IMG/VR virus record: IMGVR_UViG_3300049140_000186
Span: 1-64,000 of that record
Direction: 5' to 3' (one strand)
Origin: a virus
Taxonomy: Duplodnaviria; Caudoviricetes
Length of the DNA stretch: 64,000 nt
Shown in pieces: positions 36,575-45,791 of the stretch (the first letter of the stretch is position 1; each line of letters begins with the position of its first letter). The notes below the pieces were generated by a model. That model was given only the letters and a program-made list of their open reading frames with translations, was not told where the DNA came from and searched no databases. A program made the position numbers and the translations under genes.

Positions 36575-37182
36575 GCCGCCACCTGTTCATAACGGCGGAT
36601 GCGCTCGACCATCAACGCCAGTTCATCGTTGAACCGATCGACCTCGCCGGCCATGTTTTGGATGTAGTCTTCGTCGCGATAGACGCGGACGCGCAGCAAA
36701 GGTAGCTTCGGCCAGTAGGAGCAGAAATCCCACCATTCGCGCTCGGCAACCCAGAGATTGCCTTGCACCTGGGCCTTGTGCTCGGGCGGCAGCCTGTTGA
36801 GGATCAGCCGCTCTATTTGGATATGAGCTTCTGCCGTTTTGATCTCGAGGCCGCCGTTGTCGCCGACGAGGCTGTCAGGGCTGCCGCCCTTCGCGCCGTT
36901 GCGGATGAATCCAACGCGCCGGATGCCGGCGTCATGGACGAAGGCATAGAGTTCGCGCGCCTCGTCCTCCATGACGTTGCCGCGCTCCATCTGCTCGCTT
37001 TTGTAGGACGCCATCGGCGCGCCGGTCAGGATCTCTCCGGCCAGCTTGCGCATGTACTCGCTGCGAACTTTACCTTCGCCCTTCGCCATGACTGTCGCAA
37101 ACCGTGAGGCGGTCGGCAGTCCGGCACGCACAGCAAACCATTCCGGCGTGCCCTGTTCGATGTCGTCGAAAATCTCGATCAC
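36571..37182 (-). CDS. YqaJ/lambda-type exonuclease
   Basis: EQGTPEWFAVRAG..TAS, SPDSL, GLEIK, QVQGNLW. Confidence 0.88.
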   Translation of the reverse strand: MIEIFDDIEQGTPEWFAVRAGLPTASRFATVMAKGEGKVRSEYMRKLAGEILTGAPMASYKSEQMERGNVMEDEARELYAFVHDAGIRRVGFIRNGAKGGSPDSLVGDNGGLEIKTAEAHIQIERLILNRLPPEHKAQVQGNLWVAEREWWDFCSYWPKLPLLRVRVYRDEDYIQNMAGEVDRFNDELALMVERIRRYEQVAA

Positions 37183-38033
37183 GCCGATTTCCTCCGGCGC
37201 ATTTCCAAGACCTTGACGGCTTTGTCGAAGTCAGCCGCTGGCAAGTCGGGCACGGACTCGATCTTCGCCCACTGGCAGAAGTTCGGAGTTGGGGTGGCCG
37301 TTTCCTCGCACAGTCGGAGGACGGTCTTGACTTGGTCATCGCTGATCGGGCCGCCATCGATCGACTCCGCCAACTTGCCATCGTCATCGTGCGCGACCGC
37401 GAGCCCCAAGGCGGCCTTCAACGTGTAGCGCTGCAAATAGGTTATCGTTGACCCGATTTGCTGGATCGAGTTCTTGTTGCCGGATCCATCGCGGCCGGCG
37501 GCAAGCGTCGTCTCCTCGTAGTGGCCGTCACGGTGCGCAAGGACGCAAGTCACGCGGACAGGCTGATCGGGTTCCGCCAGCGTTCGATAACGGTAGGACA
37601 GTCCATTCTTGGCGAGGACCGGGCCGACCTGGCGCTCGATCTGCGCGAGGTCTTCGAACTTGTAGTTCGTATCGGATTTGCCCCCTTTCCCTTCAAACGC
37701 CACTCGGCGGTTGGTCAGGATCGGCGCGAACTCTGATTTGGCCGCAGCCATCGCCGCATCGAACGCCTTGCGCGCTTGGTTGGCTTCCTCCCGGTCGCGT
37801 AGGTCCATCATCATTTTGAGGGTTTCGGGATTGACGCCCATTTCCAGCGCGCGGCCGACCATCTCCATCGGAGTCATGGGCGAACGGTTGGCTGCGGGCG
37901 CAACGGCCGTTTCCCGTCGTTCGACCATCGCTTGGCCGGCCTTCTGCACGACCTCTGCGTTGACCTGGCCTATGCTCTGGATGCCGTCGACGTCATTGTC
38001 GAGGATGTCGATCTGTGCGTTGTGCGTGTTCAT
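37179..38033 (-). CDS. erf: ERF-family single-strand annealing protein
   Basis: QQIGSTITYLQRYTLKAALGLA..DDDG. Confidence 0.88.
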   Translation of the reverse strand: MNTHNAQIDILDNDVDGIQSIGQVNAEVVQKAGQAMVERRETAVAPAANRSPMTPMEMVGRALEMGVNPETLKMMMDLRDREEANQARKAFDAAMAAAKSEFAPILTNRRVAFEGKGGKSDTNYKFEDLAQIERQVGPVLAKNGLSYRYRTLAEPDQPVRVTCVLAHRDGHYEETTLAAGRDGSGNKNSIQQIGSTITYLQRYTLKAALGLAVAHDDDGKLAESIDGGPISDDQVKTVLRLCEETATPTPNFCQWAKIESVPDLPAADFDKAVKVLEMRRRKSA

Positions 38034-38224
38034 GCTGCTCTCCTGGTAGCGAGGTTCTGTTCCATCTCGCGAAGCAACCTGCGCAGCTCGTGCGACAGTT
38101 CGGATGCGAGCATGATTTCCAAGGCGGCGCGTTGATCCTCACGGGTCGGGCGCCAGAGTTCGCGGGTCGGCGCTTCAAGCGCGGCGACGGCATTGGCGAT
38201 GTAGGTGGCTTCGCAGGCGCTCAT
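38030..38224 (-). CDS. Hypothetical protein
   Basis: Coupled ORF. Confidence 0.5.
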   Translation of the reverse strand: MSACEATYIANAVAALEAPTRELWRPTREDQRAALEIMLASELSHELRRLLREMEQNLATRRAA

Positions 38225-38337
38225 CGCGGCATGTCCAGTGCGGCTACCACCAGCCAGCCGGCGCATATGAGCGCGCATGTCAGGCGGGGATGGCGGGTGA
38301 GCCAGACGCATCCGGAGGTGAGGGCGGCGTCCATCGC

Positions 38338-38748
38338 TCAATCCCCGCTGTCGACGGTCATATCGAGACCGCACTTGGAGCAATGGCCGGGATGCCAGCC
38401 GCGCCGCGACTGCTCTGCCGTCCCTGTGCCGTTGAACTCGTGCTTGCAGATGGCGAAGCGCATGACGCGCGGTGCCGGCGTGGGATACGAGGAGCCGTAG
38501 CGGACGGCATAACCTTGGCCGTTCAGCCCGCCGCCTTGGCCGCCGGACAGGTAGAACTGCGTCCACTGTTTGCGACCGTCGATGCTGGAATATCCCCATT
38601 TCGGCGTCCAGCCGTGCCCAACCGAAGCAAGGTCATTCAGGAAGCGAAGCGGGTCGATGTCCTCAATGTTCGGGAGCGGAACCTTGCCCTCGACGATCGG
38701 CTTCAAATCGTCATCGAACGAATAGCCTTTGCGCTTGTCGGTCATCAC
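38338..38748 (-). CDS. Hypothetical protein with a C-terminal Cys/His motif
   Basis: CKHEF...GWHPGHCSKCG. Confidence 0.65.
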   Translation of the reverse strand: MMTDKRKGYSFDDDLKPIVEGKVPLPNIEDIDPLRFLNDLASVGHGWTPKWGYSSIDGRKQWTQFYLSGGQGGGLNGQGYAVRYGSSYPTPAPRVMRFAICKHEFNGTGTAEQSRRGWHPGHCSKCGLDMTVDSGD

Positions 38749-38933
38749 GAGCGTTCCATCTCTTCGAGTTCCTTGATCGCCCGCACGGCGATGAAATGAG
38801 CGTTCTCAAGACTGCCCTTGGTGCTGGCTATTCCCATGCGGGAATCCAGTTTCCAGTGCTCGATCCAAGCCTTGAGCATGATCACGTCTTGGCGGACGCG
38901 GGCGGCGGAGAGGGCGGTTTCGGTTGCCATCAC
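38745..38933 (-). CDS. Hypothetical protein
   Basis: Coupled ORF. Confidence 0.55.
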   Translation of the reverse strand: MMATETALSAARVRQDVIMLKAWIEHWKLDSRMGIASTKGSLENAHFIAVRAIKELEEMERS

Positions 38934-39253
38934 GCGCGCCAGTCAAATGAAGAAAGCGCGTAGGCCATCCCGATCTGGTCCATGCGCTGCTCGCACTCTG
39001 AAATCGCGCGGACCTGTTCGAGGTAGAGCGACAGGCGCCACGGCAGCAGCTTCTCGCAACGCTCGACATGGGCCCGGTTGTGGACCAGAACGCCGCACGC
39101 AAGCAGCTTGTCCCGCTCGTCGATCGTTCTCCGGTACTGCTTCACGAACCGGATGCTCTCGACGACTTCTTGGGAGTTGATCCGCCATGCATCGGCAAGG
39201 ATCGGATCGAATGTCGAAGCCGTTGCTGTGTTGATATTGGGGGTGGCGTTCAT
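38930..39253 (-). CDS. First gene of the leftward early operon, hypothetical
   Basis: SD GAGGG; directly downstream of the OL operators. Confidence 0.6.
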   Translation of the reverse strand: MNATPNINTATASTFDPILADAWRINSQEVVESIRFVKQYRRTIDERDKLLACGVLVHNRAHVERCEKLLPWRLSLYLEQVRAISECEQRMDQIGMAYALSSFDWRA

Positions 39254-39325
39254 GGTTCCCTCATTGCCTTGGTGGCGGTGCCCGGCAGATCGGCGGAGCT
39301 TCTTCGTGCCGGGGTATGAGAGGAA

Positions 39326-39395
39326 CGTACGTAATGTACGATAGATAGTCAAGTACGTTTTGTACGATTTTTGTTGCGATCAGGAATTTGTACGA
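39326..39395. promoter_or_regulatory. OL operators CGTAC-N5-GTACG
   Basis: Copies at 39326 (perfect) and 39352, half-site at ~39390; same motif as OR. Confidence 0.75.
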
Positions 39396-39857
39396 TTATG
39401 TCTGTCGCCGTTGCGATCGCGCTGGCCACTGGCTCGCCGTGCAAGGATTCGCGATGTGGGGGGTTAGATTATCCTACGCCACGCACGGGAACTGAGGATC
39501 GACAAGCGGTAACATTGTCGTGGCATCGTGTCCCATCCCGGCTCCAGCCGTCAGGACGTGCCAAGGCTCCCAGCTTCCTAGGGCTCACGCTCGAGGGGGT
39601 TTGGGGGTTCTTGGCCGGAACCCTCCCTCACCATCCATCAGAACGAAAGAGCTTACTGGAGGTTAAGCCTTCAAGAGAGTTGTGAACGTAAACACGCAGG
39701 CTCACCGGACGTTTCGATCGGCAACTCCCCTGCCGATCGCGTGCTCCAACAGCAGCGCCACTATCCCTCAATAGAAAGCAAGGCGTGGGCTGCCCGCCTG
39801 GCCCGACGTTGCGAACCGGGCGACCTGGCTCAGTCGCCTTCGTCCGAAATTATCTTC

Positions 39858-39882
39858 GGAACTTCGGCCTGCCGCCGCGCTT
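39858..39882 (+). promoter_or_regulatory. EcfG/RpoE2-type promoter
   Basis: GGAAC-N18-TT, 24 nt upstream of the DUF768-like ATG. Confidence 0.55.
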
Positions 39883-39906
39883 ATAGTCTCCCGAAGGAGA
39901 CGCGGC

Positions 39907-40206
39907 ATGAGCGCTACCAAAGAGTTCTTCGAGACATGGCTACAGGAGAACGTCGGCAACCTTCCCGCCAAAGGTGAGGTGAGCGTTGCCGTCCTGGCTC
40001 AGCAATTTGAGCAAGATGCCGAAGCCGCCGGCTATGGTCACGCGGTACGGGAAGACGAGATCGGCAACATCGAGGGCGCCATAGAGAAGGCGCTGAATCG
40101 AGCTAGGACTGGGGAAGAGGCGCAAGTTGCCGTCCCGGCCGAAGATAGTGATCTGGCGCCCGTCATGGAGGCGCTAGAGGTCGAGGACGCGAAGAGCGGG
40201 CCGTAG
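39907..40206 (+). CDS. DUF768-like small acidic protein
   Basis: MSATKEFFETWLQENV...LAQQFEQDAEAAG. Confidence 0.65.
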   Translation: MSATKEFFETWLQENVGNLPAKGEVSVAVLAQQFEQDAEAAGYGHAVREDEIGNIEGAIEKALNRARTGEEAQVAVPAEDSDLAPVMEALEVEDAKSGP

Positions 40207-40219
40207 TCGTTGCTTGAGC

Positions 40220-40453
40220 CTAGCCATTTTTGCGGGCTCGCCGTGGTTGCCCCTTCGTCAAGAGATCAACAGCCTGGGTCAGTAGGTTTACGGCTTTCTG
40301 CCTATCGTCATCGCTCAGATCGAACGACCCCGCTAGCCTGGCCGAAATCTCCGCATTGATGCTGCGCTCGTTCTCGGCGGCAGCGACCTTGAGCCGCTTC
40401 ATGAGATCCGGCTGCAAACGTACATGAAAACTGGAAGCATCAGGCTGTGGCAT
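40220..40453 (-). CDS. Arc-family ribbon-helix-helix protein
   Basis: FHVRLQPDLMKRLKVAAAENERSINAEI.ARL. Confidence 0.85.
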   Translation of the reverse strand: MPQPDASSFHVRLQPDLMKRLKVAAAENERSINAEISARLAGSFDLSDDDRQKAVNLLTQAVDLLTKGQPRRARKNG

Positions 40454-40619
40454 GCCCGAGTTATGGCCGAAAGGTTCAGCCGTCGAAATGGTCCCACTGA
40501 GTGGTACATATATCCCACAGCTAGTGCCAATATCCCACCTTAACAGGTAACGGCAAATTCGTACTTGATCGCCCGTCCCAAATTGGAACACTGCAATCGG
40601 CAGTGGAAAAAAGAATATC

Positions 40620-40931
40620 GTGCGGTTGACTCACCGACAAGGAAAATGTTCCTATTCAGTAGCACGAAGGCGACAGGGGTTTTTTGGTTTGGGCAAAGAG
40701 TGTGCAGAAAGTTCAGGTGCCGGCGTCAGCAGGCGATCGGTTGTTGCAGGGCTGTTCGCTGGCGCCGTGATCATCCCGGCGGTCGCGGAATCGGCCGTCG
40801 ACCCATACGAGAGGGTCAGGCTGGATGCCGAAGCCTTAGCGGCCTCGATGAAGGCGCTGCATGGTGGGGAATGGAGCGTCAGGGCAAACCATGATCGCTG
40901 TTACGTCGCCGTCTCGCGCGACTTCTCGTAG
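40620..40931 (+). CDS. Hypothetical protein (start uncertain)
   Basis: SRRSVVAGL segment; divergent from Arc. Confidence 0.45.
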   Translation: MRLTHRQGKCSYSVARRRQGFFGLGKECAESSGAGVSRRSVVAGLFAGAVIIPAVAESAVDPYERVRLDAEALAASMKALHGGEWSVRANHDRCYVAVSRDFS

Positions 40932-41260
40932 CGGTCCATTTCGAATTCGGCGAAGTCGATAATGCGCTCCTGAATCTCCGCTGGTTTACCAGCCGCTCTC
41001 GCCAGGACATCACGTAAGCGGTCGAGAGGTGTCTTGGGAGAATCCTCGCTCTCTTCGCCAAAGAGCAGCCAGCCGGCGCGAACGCCGAAAAGTCTGGCGT
41101 ACTGTTCCGCGGCCTTTTTGGAAATCGGCCGGTTGCCATTCTCATGGCTCGTCAGCGTGTGCTGATTGATCTCGCGGATAGCGCGCGCTGCTTCGGCCGG
41201 GCTCTTGAAGCCGGCATCCGCGCGCGCCTTCTGCAGGCGATGTTTGGGCTCTTCCTTCAT
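40901..41260 (-). CDS. CI-like XRE repressor lacking an S24 peptidase domain
   Basis: RLQKARADAGF.SPAEAAR...HENGNR.I...A..YARLFGV..GWLLFGE. Confidence 0.85.
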   Translation of the reverse strand: MKEEPKHRLQKARADAGFKSPAEAARAIREINQHTLTSHENGNRPISKKAAEQYARLFGVRAGWLLFGEESEDSPKTPLDRLRDVLARAAGKPAEIQERIIDFAEFEMDRYEKSRETAT

Positions 41261-41261
41261 T

Positions 41262-41336
41262 CGTACAAGATGACCGATTTTTATCGTCCAAGGTGTACGA
41301 TTTTGCCTTGACGTGCCGTCGTACGTATTGTACGAA
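41262..41336. promoter_or_regulatory. OR operators (three) and PR
   Basis: CGTACaagatGACCG (41262), CGTCCaaggtGTACG (41285), CGTACgtattGTACG (41320); TTGACG at 41308. Confidence 0.8.
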
Positions 41337-41345
41337 ACTGCGCTT

Positions 41346-41582
41346 ATGAGCGAACCATCATCCATTTCCGACCTCATTTCCAATTGGCGGACCATTGCCG
41401 AGTTCGCCTCCGACGTCGGTTGCGGCTACGAGGCCGCCCGCAAGATGCGTGACCGCGAAAGCATCGCGCCGGAACATTGGGCCAAGGTCATCAGCGTCAG
41501 CGACGCCAGGGGCATCGAAGGCGTGACATACGAGTGGCTTGCCCGTCGCCGTACAACTCCAGCCGCAGGTGAGGCGGCATGA
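41346..41582 (+). CDS. Cro-like HTH protein
   Basis: LISNWRTIAEFASDVG....ARKMRDRESIAPEHW; divergent from cI. Confidence 0.8.
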   Translation: MSEPSSISDLISNWRTIAEFASDVGCGYEAARKMRDRESIAPEHWAKVISVSDARGIEGVTYEWLARRRTTPAAGEAA

Positions 41583-41626
41583 TGGCTATCACCTTCACCG
41601 CGCCGCCGGAGGAAGGAGCGATTTGA

Positions 41627-42472
41627 ATGCGCTGGCTTCCGCAGGTCTATTTCATCCAGGACAATGCCGGCCTCGTTAAGATTGGCTATTCGGCCAATCC
41701 GTTGGCCCGGCTCGGCAATCTGCAAAGCGCACACGCGACAGAACTTCGGATCATCCGCGTGATCGACGGGGGAGAGCGCACCGAAAGGTGGCTGCATCGC
41801 CGGTTCGACGATCAGTGGGTGCGCGGAGAATGGTTCAATTTCCACCCCGACATGATGTCGGTGATCCCTCCGGACGAGTTGCCAGTACGCGGTCAGGTAA
41901 AGCCTAAGCTCCGGCTGACCTTGGGCGAATTCCTGAAAATGCAGGATCAGTTCGGGGCGCTTGCCGGCCATGATCGCCTTTTGGCGCTGACGCTCGTTCA
42001 ATCGTTCTGGGAAGATGACGTGGCGGCGTTCATCGCGTGGGTGCGAGATCGCGTACAGGCTCCACCCGAAGCCGACCCGCTTCAATCCACATGGGATGCC
42101 GCCGGCGAAGCCGAGCGCGAAGCATTCATGGCGCGGAACAATCTCACGAGATCGGACGGCGGCGCATTCGCTGCAGTGACGGTGAAGGACCAACGGGCGA
42201 ACGCCGCTGGCGTTGAACCGTTGCCGTCCGAAGCCAATCCCCCATCGTCCAAGGCTAACTCCTCCCGGCCGAAGGCGATGCCTGCTCGCGAGGCCGAAAC
42301 TCCTCCCTCGGTCTCGCGGGCTATCCCATCCAGCGCGTTGAGCAAGGCTGGTCAGATCCGATTGCTCCGCCCGAACTGCCGTCATGCCGATGACCTCGAG
42401 AAATGCGCGGGCTCCGCCCGGAGGCATTGCCGTAGCTGCGAAGTTGCGAGCGCGGAAGGCGAGGCGGCATGA
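41627..42472 (+). CDS. GIY-YIG (T5orf172-like) domain protein
   Basis: VYFIQ...LVKIGYS.NP..RL..LQ...ERWLHRRF...GEWF. Confidence 0.8.
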   Translation: MRWLPQVYFIQDNAGLVKIGYSANPLARLGNLQSAHATELRIIRVIDGGERTERWLHRRFDDQWVRGEWFNFHPDMMSVIPPDELPVRGQVKPKLRLTLGEFLKMQDQFGALAGHDRLLALTLVQSFWEDDVAAFIAWVRDRVQAPPEADPLQSTWDAAGEAEREAFMARNNLTRSDGGAFAAVTVKDQRANAAGVEPLPSEANPPSSKANSSRPKAMPAREAETPPSVSRAIPSSALSKAGQIRLLRPNCRHADDLEKCAGSARRHCRSCEVASAEGEAA

Positions 42473-42657
42473 AACAGGGACAGCGCCTCAACCTGAAATT
42501 CTCGGTAGCCGACAACGACCGCATCATCTCGATGCACAAGGCCGGCTATGCCGTTCCCGACATTCGTGTGGACTTCGCCGGCGCCTCTGAAATCGAGGTC
42601 GACCGCATCATCCGCGAATTCGGTCTTGTCCCCCGCTACAGGAGGGCAAGCGCATGA
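42469..42657 (+). CDS. Hypothetical protein
   Basis: Coupled ORF. Confidence 0.55.
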   Translation: MKQGQRLNLKFSVADNDRIISMHKAGYAVPDIRVDFAGASEIEVDRIIREFGLVPRYRRASA

Positions 42658-42857
42658 CCTGGGCCGCTCTCTCCGAACTCGGCTGGACGCTACTGCCGGC
42701 CTCCACTGGCGTTGCCGGCTATCTGCTCGGTGGGGCCGCAGCGGCGTATCGCGTCGACAAGCGTCAAGCCGCGCACCGTGATCTTTCGGCTCAGCTTCGC
42801 CGCCCGGTCGACCTCTACCCGAGTGACGTTTCCGGGTTTTGGGAGGCGCGGCGCTGA
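42654..42857 (+). CDS. Hypothetical membrane protein
   Basis: Coupled ORF with a hydrophobic N-terminus. Confidence 0.5.
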   Translation: MTWAALSELGWTLLPASTGVAGYLLGGAAAAYRVDKRQAAHRDLSAQLRRPVDLYPSDVSGFWEARR

Positions 42858-43062
42858 TGCGAACAGATCGTCGTCATTTGCCGGCCGATCAAACCGATAT
42901 TCAAGTTGACGGACCCCGTTTTGCTTCCCGGCTGACCGGAGCCCGTCAATCACCTGAGACCGCATCGTTCACTTCCTTCATCCCAGCTTTCGACTTTGTG
43001 CCGGGCGTACCCGGTTTAGTCGCTGCCTCTGACACGCACAGGTGTAGCGAAGGAAAAATGTC

Positions 43063-43461
43063 ATGCGTGACAAGTGTTCTGACAGGGACAGCAAAATGTT
43101 TGTAGCGAGTATTGATGACCCGGTTTGGCTTGGCGGCGAAGCCAAGCGAATGGCGACGGAGCTCCTCGAGAAAGAGAAGCGGCCGATCGGCGATACTATC
43201 GAAGCGGCAGCCTATCGGCTCCAGACCCGGCACCGGGTCGCCGTCGCCCCGATCATTCTCCAGTGCTGGAACCGGCCGCCACGCGAGATGAAGGTCTCGC
43301 GCTGGATGACTGTCTTCTACGTCCACTGGAAGGAGTTCGGCACCAAGGCGGACCAAGCCTACGAGGAAAAGAGGAAAACAACGAATGCCCATCCGGCGCT
43401 TGTTCGGCTTGCTGATTTTGTGGCTGGCCGAACTCTTCACCAAGAGGAAACCCAGCAATGA
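43063..43461 (+). CDS. CII-like HTH protein
   Basis: SD AAGGA; GDTIEAAAYRLQ helix; position after cro. Confidence 0.5.
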   Translation: MRDKCSDRDSKMFVASIDDPVWLGGEAKRMATELLEKEKRPIGDTIEAAAYRLQTRHRVAVAPIILQCWNRPPREMKVSRWMTVFYVHWKEFGTKADQAYEEKRKTTNAHPALVRLADFVAGRTLHQEETQQ

Positions 43462-44108
43462 CTGAAACGTCCTACGACCCATACAATCCGCTCGTCCCAG
43501 AAAAGGCGGCGAAGAAGAAATCCAGCAGTTCGAAGGTTGTCCCGATCAAGCCCGGACCAGCGGACGATGCGGTCGCCGCGGTCAATCTCGCGAAATTCCA
43601 ACGGGCAGCCGAAACGCTGGCGTCGGCAAACGGCGTCTATCGAAACGTCGTCAAGCATGTCGAGGCCAAGGGCATCCACATGAAGGCGGCGAAGCGAGCC
43701 GTCGCCATCGCCAAGTCAGACGACCGCGCCGAGATCGTCGAGGAGTTGAAGCGGCTCACCGAATATCTCGCCATTCTCGGCGTGCCGTTTACTCGCGAGC
43801 AGCTTGATCTTTTCCGCGTCGAGGAGCCGCGCACGCCAGGCACCGACAAGGCAACGGCACAGGGCCGCTATGCCGGCATCATGGGCCACGGCAAGGAGGA
43901 CAATCCCTACGCGATCGACAGCGAGCAGGGCCAAGCCTGGATGGCCGCATGGCACGCCGGCGGCGAAGAGCGCGACCTGATCTTGGCGCTCGAACCTGCG
44001 GAAGGCTCGGAACTGATCAAGGTGACGACGATCCTTTCGAAGAAGCCGCCGAATAGCGGCCAGCGTGCGCGTAGGCCGGCCGGGAGCCTGTCCCGGCAAT
44101 CAATTTGA
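43458..44108 (+). CDS. GapR-like/RMF-motif phage protein, probable frameshift near the 3' end
   Basis: VEAKGIHMKAAK; NPY..DSEQGQAWMAAW; alternative frame GDDDPFEEAAE*. Confidence 0.55.
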   Translation: MTETSYDPYNPLVPEKAAKKKSSSSKVVPIKPGPADDAVAAVNLAKFQRAAETLASANGVYRNVVKHVEAKGIHMKAAKRAVAIAKSDDRAEIVEELKRLTEYLAILGVPFTREQLDLFRVEEPRTPGTDKATAQGRYAGIMGHGKEDNPYAIDSEQGQAWMAAWHAGGEERDLILALEPAEGSELIKVTTILSKKPPNSGQRARRPAGSLSRQSI

Positions 44109-44180
44109 TCTTTGGGGGACCGGGCATGAAAATCTCAAGCATCCTACTTTGGCCGTTCGGCGGAGAACCGTCGATCTCGG

Positions 44181-44591
44181 GTGAACTCTCCGGCGCTCAG
44201 CGAACGGTTGGAGGCATTCGCCTTCGCCGCCGAGACCGGCATTCTTGATGAAGCGCGGTCATCCGTCGGTGACGCTCTCGACAACCTTCGCGGCCTACGA
44301 GAGCGCATCCTGGCAACCATCGAACATCACAAGTCCAGAGTGGCGAAGCACGAAGGCGAGCGTTCCGAGTGCGACCGTTCTATCGCGGCATTTGAACTGG
44401 CGGCTGCCAAGCTCAAAGACACCGACAATCCCCGGCTGGAGCTCGCCCCGAAGGCCAAGGCGGAGCCGGTGCGCGAGGCGGCGACCTATTCGGGCCCGGG
44501 AGAGGTGCCGAAGCCCGCGGACGCGCCGCCAGTCGAGGATGATCCTGCCTTCGACGAGATCGAGGACGAAGAATTGGACGAGGTCGCCTGA
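44181..44591 (+). CDS. Hypothetical coiled-coil protein
   Basis: 136 aa with an acidic tail. Confidence 0.55.
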   Translation: MNSPALSERLEAFAFAAETGILDEARSSVGDALDNLRGLRERILATIEHHKSRVAKHEGERSECDRSIAAFELAAAKLKDTDNPRLELAPKAKAEPVREAATYSGPGEVPKPADAPPVEDDPAFDEIEDEELDEVA

Positions 44592-44854
44592 TCATCATGC
44601 GCCTCATCCTCGGCAAGAAGGGCGGCCTGCTGCGCCGCTCGGGCGAAGGCCCGTCTCGCGTCTTCCGCAGAAATGTCTCCCCGGAGCGCACGTTGCAAAG
44701 CGGTGATTGTCATCTCGTGGATATGGCCAGAGCGCTCCGGCCATTTGTCGTTCGCAAGGCATTTCAGCGCCTCCCAAACAGTGTGGACCAGGCGAGTTTT
44801 GCCGGCCTTGCCGAAGCTGATGCGAACCGGACGATCAAAGCGGATCTGTTTCAT
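44486..44854 (-). CDS. DUF982-like protein 1 (domain ends ~44600; tail reads into the neighbouring gene)
   Basis: FDRPVRI...V.TVWEA...L...WP.....A...F..AA..A.LL. Confidence 0.8.
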   Translation of the reverse strand: MKQIRFDRPVRISFGKAGKTRLVHTVWEALKCLANDKWPERSGHIHEMTITALQRALRGDISAEDARRAFARAAQQAALLAEDEAHDDQATSSNSSSSISSKAGSSSTGGASAGFGTSPGPE

Positions 44855-44864
44855 GGCTTAGTCG

Positions 44865-44889
44865 AACGTCGGTCGCGTCCCAATGTTCC
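44865..44889 (-). promoter_or_regulatory. EcfG/RpoE2 promoter
   Basis: GGAAC-N16-CGTT, 10 nt before the ATG. Confidence 0.8.
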
Positions 44890-44911
44890 GCACATGAAAC
44901 CGATCACACCG

Positions 44912-45163
44912 TCAGGCCTCTTCCAGCAGCACGCCGGCCTCGCGGGCGGCCTTGACGAATTCCGCCCAGGCATTGTCGCAGGTACCCAGGCCGTTGGACG
45001 CCTCAATGCAAGCCATACGAGCCCGAAGGTTGACTCGACCCTTGTTCGGCCAACGGGGATCCCGCAGCAATTTCGCGGCCTCCTCCACAGTGGCGACGCT
45101 GATTATCAGTCCGATTTTGCCAAATCGGATAGGCACTGGCGAAGGGAAAAGCTTCATTTTCAT
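44912..45163 (-). CDS. DUF982-like protein 2
   Basis: FPSPVPI...VATVEEAA..L...WP...A..AC...FVKAAREAGVL. Confidence 0.85.
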   Translation of the reverse strand: MKMKLFPSPVPIRFGKIGLIISVATVEEAAKLLRDPRWPNKGRVNLRARMACIEASNGLGTCDNAWAEFVKAAREAGVLLEEA

Positions 45164-45172
45164 GAGCCGTTG

Positions 45173-45197
45173 AACTCCAGACTTTCAAGGCAGTTCC
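45173..45197 (-). promoter_or_regulatory. EcfG/RpoE2 promoter
   Basis: GGAAC-N16-AGTT, 9 nt before the ATG. Confidence 0.7.
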
Positions 45198-45454
45198 CGT
45201 ATATCCATGGCGATCAAGACGCGGGCTTCCTCCGCCGCGTCCCTGAAAGCAAGCCGCGCCTCGTCGGGCGTGGCTTCACCCCGCAAGGCTTCGATCAGCT
45301 TCACTGCGGCGCGCTCGCACGCCGGTCCATGCACCGGCCAATCATCGGACATCAGGATTTCTGCGGCCTCCTGAATGGAGGTGACATTCCGGATGACGCG
45401 TCCATGCAGGACTTTCACAGGCGGCCGGAACCAAGTTCTGCGGGGACGGGGCAT
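45185..45454 (-). CDS. DUF982-like protein 3
   Basis: WFRPPVKV...VTSIQEAAEIL..DWP..G...A...AF..AAEEARVL. Confidence 0.85.
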   Translation of the reverse strand: MPRPRRTWFRPPVKVLHGRVIRNVTSIQEAAEILMSDDWPVHGPACERAAVKLIEALRGEATPDEARLAFRDAAEEARVLIAMDIRELP

Positions 45455-45524
45455 GCATAAGCTCACATTGGACCCATCAACCACATTCGGCTGGTGTCTG
45501 TTTCTGGGCCGCCGAATGACAAGA

Positions 45525-45764
45525 TCAGGTGAATTTCAGGATGCCGGCTTCACGAGCGGCTTCAACGAAAGCGGAATGGGCGTCGAGCAACGGCCGCTGC
45601 CCTTCCAGAATTTTGAGGCATGTTTCGGTGGCGTCCCGGTGGCGCGGACCGCGGCGCGGCCAGCGGACGTCCAGCAAGGCTTGGGCTGCGCTTCTAGCGC
45701 TGGCGACCGAGCGGGCTACTCCGAGTTCGATTTCGACTGCCTCTGCAAATCTCTTGTCGGGCAC
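45525..45764 (-). CDS. DUF982-like protein 4
   Basis: FAEAVEI...VASARSAAQALL..RWP..GPRHRDA..TC...AFVEAAREAGIL; SD AAGGAAG. Confidence 0.85.
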   Translation of the reverse strand: MPDKRFAEAVEIELGVARSVASARSAAQALLDVRWPRRGPRHRDATETCLKILEGQRPLLDAHSAFVEAAREAGILKFT

Positions 45765-45791
45765 TTGCACCTTCCTTTGTTGGGCCAACTG

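Noticed and set aside
39371-39685. 104-aa ORF in the immunity region
   Set aside because: TTG start inside the operators, no SD and no recognisable composition; treated as non-coding
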